A stretch of DNA of 64,000 bases from the NCBI GenBank assembly GCA_905480125.1, contig CAJQPE010000044.1, positions 1,569 through 65,568 on the forward strand, written 5' to 3'. The first letter of the stretch is position 1. Each line of letters starts with the position of its first letter. Source of the stretch: an uncultured Flavobacteriales bacterium. Its GTDB lineage: Bacteria; Bacteroidota; Bacteroidia; Flavobacteriales_G; NORP312. The notes under the pieces are model-generated. The model was not told the DNA's origin. It searched no databases and saw only the letters and a program-made list of their open reading frames with translations. Of this stretch, positions 57,312 to 64,000 are shown piece after piece. A program made the position numbers and the translations under genes.

Positions 57312-58696
57312 TAAAAAATGGTTTAACAATAGTATTGGCGCTAGTTGCTTCCTTTGTTATTGCGCAAAGCGACTCCACGAATAATGCTTTTTCATTGGCT
57401 CGCGCTCAACAGTATGCGCTTGAGAATGCTTATAACATTCAGCTTGCGAAATTAGATGTATATAGAACCATAAAGAAGAAAAAAGAAATTACCGCTATGG
57501 GGTTACCTCAAGTAAATGCCGAGGGTAGTTTTAGGAATTTTGCACAAATTCCAACCCAAGTTATTCCAAACTTTGTTGAGCCAGCGATAATTAGCACCCT
57601 TGTTGGGAGTGGGCAATTACCTGTTTCGGCTCTCGACCAACCTTTAAATCAGCCATTTATTGAATCACAATTTGGAACAACTTTTAACACTTCGCTAGGT
57701 GTTTCTGCCTCTCAGCTTTTATTTGATGGATCATATTTAGTGGGGCTAAAAGTAGCAAAGGAATACGTAGGTTTTTATCAGCAGCTAGAAGAACAAACCA
57801 ATATTGAAACAAAAGATGCAGTTGCTACTGCTTATAATACAGTTTTGGTGGCTTATGAGAATAAAACAGTTTTAGAAAAGTCATTAAAGAATCTTCAAAA
57901 AACCCTACTCGAAACAAAAGCAATGTATACTGCCGGCTTCGTTCAGGAACAAGATGTTGATCAATTGCAAATTACAATATCTAGCCTAGAAAATTCGATT
58001 AAAGCGGCAGAAAATCAGGCGATAATGAGTGAAAAATTGATGAAACTACAGATGGGCATGGATGTATCGGAATCGATAATTTTAACTGATAAATTAGAGG
58101 ATATTGTAGAATCCTTGAATTACGAAGACCTATCTACTCAAAATTTTACTGTCGGAAAGCATATTGACTATAGAATTTTGCAATCGAATCAAGAATTAAT
58201 GAGGATGAGTTGGAAAATGGAAAAAGGAGCTAATTTGCCAAGCCTAACTGCTTTTTTGTCTCACTCTCAGAGTAATCAGGTAAATGAAATAAATTTTGAA
58301 ACTTGGTTCCCTTCGACAGTTTTGGGAGTAAACCTAAGTGTTCCAATTTTTGCAAGCGGACATAGAATGTACAAGGCGCAAATTGCTCAAATAGATTATG
58401 AAAAGGTTGGGATACAGTTGACTCAAGTTGAGCAAGCATTGCAGATGCAATCTAGTATAGCAAAACTTGAACTTCAAACAGCGTTTGATACATACCAAAC
58501 ACAAAAGAAGAATCTAGCTCTTACTGAAAAAATACAGCAGAACACTGTTATTCGTTATAAAGAAGGAATTGCCTCTAGTATTGAGTTAACCCAAGTTCAA
58601 AATCAGTATTTACAAACCCAAGGAAATTATATTAGTTCAATATTTCAATTATTGAACGCAAAAACAAAATTAGATAAAGCACATAATAACTATTAA
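57308..58696 (+). CDS. TolC-family outer membrane efflux protein
   Basis: 462 aa. Signal peptide, duplicated coiled-coil/beta-barrel repeat architecture, and operon context with MFP and RND genes. Confidence 0.88.
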   Translation: MIKNGLTIVLALVASFVIAQSDSTNNAFSLARAQQYALENAYNIQLAKLDVYRTIKKKKEITAMGLPQVNAEGSFRNFAQIPTQVIPNFVEPAIISTLVGSGQLPVSALDQPLNQPFIESQFGTTFNTSLGVSASQLLFDGSYLVGLKVAKEYVGFYQQLEEQTNIETKDAVATAYNTVLVAYENKTVLEKSLKNLQKTLLETKAMYTAGFVQEQDVDQLQITISSLENSIKAAENQAIMSEKLMKLQMGMDVSESIILTDKLEDIVESLNYEDLSTQNFTVGKHIDYRILQSNQELMRMSWKMEKGANLPSLTAFLSHSQSNQVNEINFETWFPSTVLGVNLSVPIFASGHRMYKAQIAQIDYEKVGIQLTQVEQALQMQSSIAKLELQTAFDTYQTQKKNLALTEKIQQNTVIRYKEGIASSIELTQVQNQYLQTQGNYISSIFQLLNAKTKLDKAHNNY

Positions 58697-58697
58697 G

Positions 58698-59837
58698 ATG
58701 AAGAAGGTTATAATTACAGTTTTCGCTTTAGCAACTCTAGTTGCTTGTGAGGCGCCGAAAGATGATTCGAGATTAGGAAAGCTAGCGGGGGAAAAGGACT
58801 CACTCAAATTAGTATATACTGAAATTGCAGCGAGAATGGCAGAGCTTGATTTGCAAATTACGGCTTTAGATACTGCTGTAAAAACACGAGTTCCTTTGGT
58901 AACAATTGGACCTGTTGAAATAAAAGCGTTTGAGCATTATTTTGTGGTGCAAGGATCTGTAGAAGCAGATAAAAACGCACTAATTTACCCAGAAGCCATG
59001 GGAGAAATTGTGGCCATTCTGGTTAAAGAGGGACAGGTGGTGAATAAAGGCGATGTGATTATGGAGCTGGATGCAAAATTGGTTCGTTCGCAAATCAAAG
59101 AAGTTGAAAATAGCTATTCTTTCATGAAAGATATGTATGAAAAGCAAGAGAAACTTTGGACGCAAAAGATTGGATCTGAGGTGGAATTTTTAAAAATAAA
59201 GAATGATAAAAAAGGCTTAGAGCAGAAAATGAAAACTTTAAAAGCCCAGTTAGATTTATATATCGTTAGAGCACCCTTTGCAGGAACTGTTGACGAAATT
59301 GCTCCTAAGGTAGGCGAAGCTGCATCGCCTCAAATGCCAGTTGCAAGGGTGGTGAATTTAAGCCAAGTTTATATTAAATCTGATGTTTCTGAGAATTATA
59401 TTTCATCTGTAAAAAAAGGAACCTCTGCTAAAGTTTATTTTTCTTCATTAGATAAGTCGTTTGTAACGTCTGTTAATAGATCGGGCGATTACATTAATGC
59501 GAATAACCGAACATTTAAGGTTAGGTTTGATATTGATAATGCTTCCGGTGAACTAATTCCTAATATGCTTGCCGATATTAGTATACTGGATTACACTTTA
59601 GATTCAGCAGTTGTAATTCCAACAAAAATCATTCAAGAAGATAGACAAAGCAACGAATATGTTTATGTGATGAGTAATATTGGCGGAGAGATAACTGTAA
59701 ATAAAATCGTGATAACTGCCGGTATGAGTTATAAAGGGGAAACAGTCATTTTGGAGGGTTTGTCGGGTAAAGAAATGTATATCGATCAAGGCGCAAGAAG
59801 TGTTCAAGACGGTGATGTTGTTAAAGTAGCTAAATAA
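58698..59837 (+). CDS. Efflux RND transporter periplasmic adaptor (MFP) lipoprotein
   Basis: 379 aa with lipobox LVAC, a coiled-coil hairpin and lipoyl-like/beta-barrel segments (VEADKNALIYPEAMGEI...). Confidence 0.9.
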   Translation: MKKVIITVFALATLVACEAPKDDSRLGKLAGEKDSLKLVYTEIAARMAELDLQITALDTAVKTRVPLVTIGPVEIKAFEHYFVVQGSVEADKNALIYPEAMGEIVAILVKEGQVVNKGDVIMELDAKLVRSQIKEVENSYSFMKDMYEKQEKLWTQKIGSEVEFLKIKNDKKGLEQKMKTLKAQLDLYIVRAPFAGTVDEIAPKVGEAASPQMPVARVVNLSQVYIKSDVSENYISSVKKGTSAKVYFSSLDKSFVTSVNRSGDYINANNRTFKVRFDIDNASGELIPNMLADISILDYTLDSAVVIPTKIIQEDRQSNEYVYVMSNIGGEITVNKIVITAGMSYKGETVILEGLSGKEMYIDQGARSVQDGDVVKVAK

Positions 59838-59843
59838 GCGGCA

Positions 59844-62800
59844 ATGGGACAAGAAAACAAAAAAGGTCTTAAGGAGTTCGGACTCTCTAGCCTAGCTGTA
59901 AATAATAAAGTTACAGTATTCGTAATTACGACTATCATTCTTATTATGGGAATTAGCTCGTATATAGCTATGCCTAGGGAGGCATTTCCAGAGATAGTAA
60001 TGCCCGAAATTTATGTTGGTGTTCCCTATCCAGGAAACTCACCTTTAGACATTGAGAAATTAATTACTAGGCCTTTAGAGAAAGAAATTAATACCATAAC
60101 GGGTATTGATAAATTAACATCGACATCGGTGCAGGGTTTTTCTACGATTCAAATTAAGTTTAGTTTTGACATCACTCCCGCTCAAGCCCTCAGAAAAGTT
60201 AAAGACGCCGTTGACAAGGTTAAAAGTCAACCCAGTTTTCCTAAAGATTTACCAGCTGACCCAAATGTATTTGAGATGAATTTCTCTGAACAAATGCCTG
60301 TTATGAATGTAAACTTGTCCGGAGATTTTTCAATGGACATGCTTAAAGAATATGGAGAAAGAATCGAAGATAAAATTGAAGAGGTTCCGCAGGTTACTAA
60401 AGTTGACATACGTGGCGTTCAGGAGAAAGAAGTGAAAATCTTGCTTGATGTCCAAAAAATGGAGGCAATGCAAATTGGATTTCGAGATATTGAGGGCGCG
60501 ATTGCTAACGAAAATATGACTATTTCAGGAGGTGATGTTATAGTTGATGGCCTGCGAAGAACTGTTCGTACCGTTGGAGAATTTAACGACTGGAGAGATA
60601 TAGAGAACATTATTGTAAAGCAAGAAAAGTTTAATATTATCTACTTACGAGATATTGCAAAAGTTGAATTTGCACCAAAAGACATTGAATCATTTGCTCG
60701 TGAATTTGGCAGCCCAGTTGTAATGTTAGATGTGTTTAAACGTGGGGGCGAAAATTTGCTAGATGCGTCTGATGCAATTAGTGCCATTATTGATGATCTC
60801 ACAAAAAATGAATTTCCTGAGAGCTTAGTGGTAACAATTACTAATGACATGTCCGATAAAACAAGGACGCAAGTAGCCGATCTGGAAAACAGTATCATAT
60901 TTGGGATGATATTAGTCGTTGGTGTGCTTCTATTTTTCTTAGGGTTGAGAAACGCTTTGTTTGTAGGTCTAGCTATACCATTATCTATGTTTACAGCTTT
61001 TATGGTGCTAAACGCTATGGGCGTTACCTTAAACATGATGGTTTTGTTTTCTTTAGTTCTAGCCCTTGGAATGCTCGTAGACAACGGTATCGTAATCGTA
61101 GAGAATATATATAGATTAATGGATGAAGGATATTCTAAATCGAAAGCGGCAATGTATGGCGCAGGGGAAGTTGCATGGCCTATTATTGCTTCTACAGCGA
61201 CTACTTTGGCGGCATTTTTACCCCTAGCTATTTGGCCAGGAATGATGGGCGAGTTTATGTTTTACTTGCCAATGACGCTAATGATTGTCTTAGGCTCTTC
61301 TTTGTTTGTAGCTTTAGTAATAAATCCAGTTTTTACGTCTGTATTCATGAAAGTTGATGAAACAACATCTACCAAAAAAAGAACAATGTTAATCTCAGGG
61401 GGAATAACGCTGCTAGGTGCTACGTTTACGCTTTCTGGAGCGATGGGCTTGGGTAATTTTTTAATTTTCATGGGGATTATGGTAGCCGTAAATGCTATCG
61501 TTTTGAGTCCTGCAACCAAGTCATTTCAAAATGGATTTTTGCCCGTATTGGAGAACGGGTATCAGAAGTTTCTTTCGTTTGCACTCTCAGGTGCTAAACC
61601 ATATTTGTTTCTTGTAGGAATTGTGTTGATGTTATTTATGTCGTTTGGGTTGTTAGGCTTGTTTATGCCTAAAATGCTTTTTTTCCCTATTAACCAACCC
61701 ACCTATTTGAATACGTTTATTTCTTTGCCTATTGGCACTGATATTGATGAAACAAATGCAGTCACATTAGAAGTTGAGAGGCGAATCAAAACATATTTTG
61801 AAGAAGAAATTACAACCGAAGATGGTGAGACTTTGCCTAGAGGGTTTATTGTTCAGTCTGTAATTGCTCAAGTGGGCAAAGGCGCTTCTGATCCCGCACA
61901 AGGGGTGTCGATGAATAATACCCCAGAAAAGGCAAGGGTTATGATTTCTTTCGTTGAGTTCGTTGACAGAAAGGGAGTAAAAACTTCAATTGTCATGGGC
62001 GATTTACGTGAACGTTTAAATGGAATACCGGGATTACAAATAGTAGTGGATAAAAACGAAGATGGACCACCCCAAGGCAAACCTATTAATATCGAAATTT
62101 CTGGAGATGACTATCAAGGCTTAATAGACGAAGCAGAGCGTATGAAGCAGTTTATTAATAAGTCGAAAATCCCAGGTATTGAAGAATTGAAATTAGATAT
62201 CGAGTTAGGGAAACCTGAATTGATTGTGAAAGTTGACAGACAAAAGGCAAGAAGATTAAATGTATCTACAGCCCAAATCGGTTCTACAATTAGAACGGCA
62301 CTTTTCGGAAAAGAAGTTTCTAAATACAAAGACGGTGAAGATGATTATGATATTGTAATCAGAATGGAAGATGGCTCTCGTTATAACCAAGAGGCGCTAT
62401 TAAATCAGAAAATTACTTTTAGAGATCCAGCTAACGGTAAGATAAGTCAGGTGCCAATTTCTTCTGTTGCTGCATTGGAAAAATCATCAACTTTTAGTGC
62501 TGTAAAACGAAAAGACCTTAAGCGGTTAGTAACAATTCAATCTAATGTATTAGAAGACTATAATCCAACGGAGGTTGTAGAAGCAATAAAAGAGCGATTA
62601 AAAGATTACGAAAAAGGTGAAGGAACGAAATGGAAATTTACTGGACAGCAAGAAGAGCAGGCTAAAGAGATGGCGTTCTTAAGTTCGGCGCTAATGTTTG
62701 CAGTGTTCCTTATTTTCTTAATTATTGTGGCCCAGTTTAATTCTATTTCCGCGCCATTTATAATTGTTTTTTCTGTTGTCTTAAGCCTAATAGGTGTATT

Positions 62801-63287
62801 CTTAGGTCTGGTAATCTTCCAAATGGACTTTATAATAATTATGACCATGATTGGAATAATATCACTCGCAGGAATTGTAGTAAATAATGCGATTGTTCTA
62901 ATCGATTACACAATGTTGTTAATGAAACGAAAGGCGATTGAGCTAAATTTAACCGATGGTGCTAAGCTTACAATGGATCAGGTCATAGAAACTATTGTGG
63001 AAGGCGGAAAAACCAGATTAAGACCGGTTCTATTAACTGCTATTACAACAGTGCTTGGTTTGTTGCCAATGGCAGTAGGTTTGAATATTAATTTCTTTAC
63101 ATTATTCTCGGAATTAGATGCTCATATGTACATAGGTGGAGACAACGTTGTTTTTTGGGGACCAATGTCTTGGACGATTATATTTGGATTAACCTTTGCA
63201 ACCTTTTTAACGCTGGTAATAATCCCTGTAATGGTCTTAATTGCTACTAAAATAAAATACGCTGTTTTCAAAACAGTCGAGTACTAA
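59844..63287 (+). CDS. Efflux RND transporter permease (AcrB/HAE-type), unusually long
   Basis: 1147 aa. RND layout with two ~300-aa periplasmic loops and a conserved TM4 (LALGMLVDNGIVIVENI). It has extra hydrophobic segments between TM6 and TM7. Confidence 0.93.
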   Translation: MGQENKKGLKEFGLSSLAVNNKVTVFVITTIILIMGISSYIAMPREAFPEIVMPEIYVGVPYPGNSPLDIEKLITRPLEKEINTITGIDKLTSTSVQGFSTIQIKFSFDITPAQALRKVKDAVDKVKSQPSFPKDLPADPNVFEMNFSEQMPVMNVNLSGDFSMDMLKEYGERIEDKIEEVPQVTKVDIRGVQEKEVKILLDVQKMEAMQIGFRDIEGAIANENMTISGGDVIVDGLRRTVRTVGEFNDWRDIENIIVKQEKFNIIYLRDIAKVEFAPKDIESFAREFGSPVVMLDVFKRGGENLLDASDAISAIIDDLTKNEFPESLVVTITNDMSDKTRTQVADLENSIIFGMILVVGVLLFFLGLRNALFVGLAIPLSMFTAFMVLNAMGVTLNMMVLFSLVLALGMLVDNGIVIVENIYRLMDEGYSKSKAAMYGAGEVAWPIIASTATTLAAFLPLAIWPGMMGEFMFYLPMTLMIVLGSSLFVALVINPVFTSVFMKVDETTSTKKRTMLISGGITLLGATFTLSGAMGLGNFLIFMGIMVAVNAIVLSPATKSFQNGFLPVLENGYQKFLSFALSGAKPYLFLVGIVLMLFMSFGLLGLFMPKMLFFPINQPTYLNTFISLPIGTDIDETNAVTLEVERRIKTYFEEEITTEDGETLPRGFIVQSVIAQVGKGASDPAQGVSMNNTPEKARVMISFVEFVDRKGVKTSIVMGDLRERLNGIPGLQIVVDKNEDGPPQGKPINIEISGDDYQGLIDEAERMKQFINKSKIPGIEELKLDIELGKPELIVKVDRQKARRLNVSTAQIGSTIRTALFGKEVSKYKDGEDDYDIVIRMEDGSRYNQEALLNQKITFRDPANGKISQVPISSVAALEKSSTFSAVKRKDLKRLVTIQSNVLEDYNPTEVVEAIKERLKDYEKGEGTKWKFTGQQEEQAKEMAFLSSALMFAVFLIFLIIVAQFNSISAPFIIVFSVVLSLIGVFLGLVIFQMDFIIIMTMIGIISLAGIVVNNAIVLIDYTMLLMKRKAIELNLTDGAKLTMDQVIETIVEGGKTRLRPVLLTAITTVLGLLPMAVGLNINFFTLFSELDAHMYIGGDNVVFWGPMSWTIIFGLTFATFLTLVIIPVMVLIATKIKYAVFKTVEY

Positions 63288-63304
63288 TATTTAAAATGGA
63301 AACA

Positions 63305-63334
63305 AAAAAGCCCGAAGATTTCTCCGGACTTTTT
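63305..63334. terminator. Putative bidirectional terminator between the RND permease and yceI-like genes
   Basis: AAAAAGCCCGAAGA / TCTCCGGACTTTTT form an imperfect hairpin (2 mismatches) with an A-tract on one side and a T-tract on the other. Confidence 0.45.
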
Positions 63335-63352
63335 ATTTGCAGGGTAAGCTAT

Positions 63353-63973
63353 TTAGTTCGCTGTTCCGTTAAGAGCAATAGCTAAAGTAATATTGTCTGA
63401 TAATACCATATCACCAGTCATTTTGAATGCAACGCCAAATTCTTGGCGATTGAACACTAAGTTACCTGAAGCCTTAACGATTCCATTGGTCTCTTCTACT
63501 AAAACATCAGTAATTGTTCCAGGTTTGGTAACCCCTTTAATAGTTAGGTCCCCTATTGCAGTGCTTCCTTCTGCACTAGTAATTTTAAAAGACGCAGTTG
63601 GAAGGCTATCAGAAGCAAAGAAATCTCCACCTCCTAGGTGACCGATTAATCCTTCGCGAGGATTCTCTTCAGAAAAATTTTCGTCTGTTGGGTTAATCGA
63701 TTTCATATCGACTACAAATTCACCGGCTATGATCATTCCGTCTTTTAGAGTTAGATTTCCAGATTGTAATTTGATGTCTCCATTATGGGAATACATGCCC
63801 ATCATCGTGCCTTCCCAATTTATAGAAGATTTTTCTGTTGAAACAACATAGGACATTTCTATAGTTTCATTGGTTTCTATCGTGGCATCGGTTTTGGTTT
63901 CTTTTTTCGCTCCACCGCACGAGATTAATCCTACCGCTAAAGCGAAAAGGATAGATGTTTTTGTCATTTTCAT
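63353..63973 (-). CDS. YceI-family lipoprotein
   Basis: 206 aa with lipobox LISC. The YceI-like beta-barrel pattern includes SSINWEGT..., HNGDIKLQSGNL, and KGVTKP...ITD. Confidence 0.8.
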   Translation of the reverse strand: MKMTKTSILFALAVGLISCGGAKKETKTDATIETNETIEMSYVVSTEKSSINWEGTMMGMYSHNGDIKLQSGNLTLKDGMIIAGEFVVDMKSINPTDENFSEENPREGLIGHLGGGDFFASDSLPTASFKITSAEGSTAIGDLTIKGVTKPGTITDVLVEETNGIVKASGNLVFNRQEFGVAFKMTGDMVLSDNITLAIALNGTAN

Positions 63974-64000
63974 AGTTATTCATTTTAATTAATTGTTTGC

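Overview
This 64-kb window looks like AT-rich core chromosome of a Bacteroidota organism, probably a Flavobacteriia-type gliding/T9SS bacterium; GC content was judged by eye, not computed. Lineage evidence: sprE/porW-like and gldH genes, two small proteins with T9SS C-terminal sorting domains, an F-ATPase operon atpB-E-F-H-A-G without atpD/atpC and preceded by bactofilin and atpZ, TAnnTTTG-type promoter boxes, and many lipoproteins. Nearly all genes are housekeeping. They cover fatty-acid synthesis (yceD-rpmF-fabH-accB-accC; acpP-fabF-rnc), dxs, rnhA, ATP synthase, dut, purN, pyk, pgk, pheS, asnS, rpoN, holB and tatA. There are also envelope enzymes (two M23/LytM proteins, an MltD-like transglycosylase), a TetR-TolC-MFP-RND efflux operon and one tRNA(CAT). 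I see no rRNA, CRISPR, transposase, integrase, phage gene or recognisable defence gene. I cannot honestly point to a clear novel multi-gene system. The best candidates for a second look are: (1) pheS broken by a 1-nt frameshift, with its C-terminus readable in the adjacent frame. (2) A tightly packed envelope block (flippase-dut-nucleotidyltransferase-TPR lipoprotein-DUF4292/LolB-like lipoprotein-catalytically degenerate EnvC-like LytM-tatA-MltD-like-DUF4837). (3) A bactofilin translationally overlapped with atpZ at the head of the ATP synthase operon. (4) An 18-bp perfect inverted repeat over the promoter region of the TetR/RND operon. (5) Several unusually long, structured intergenic gaps in an otherwise very compact genome, where four convergent gene pairs overlap. 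ORF-track N-terminal extensions were trimmed where a signal peptide or a conserved N-terminus begins at an internal Met.
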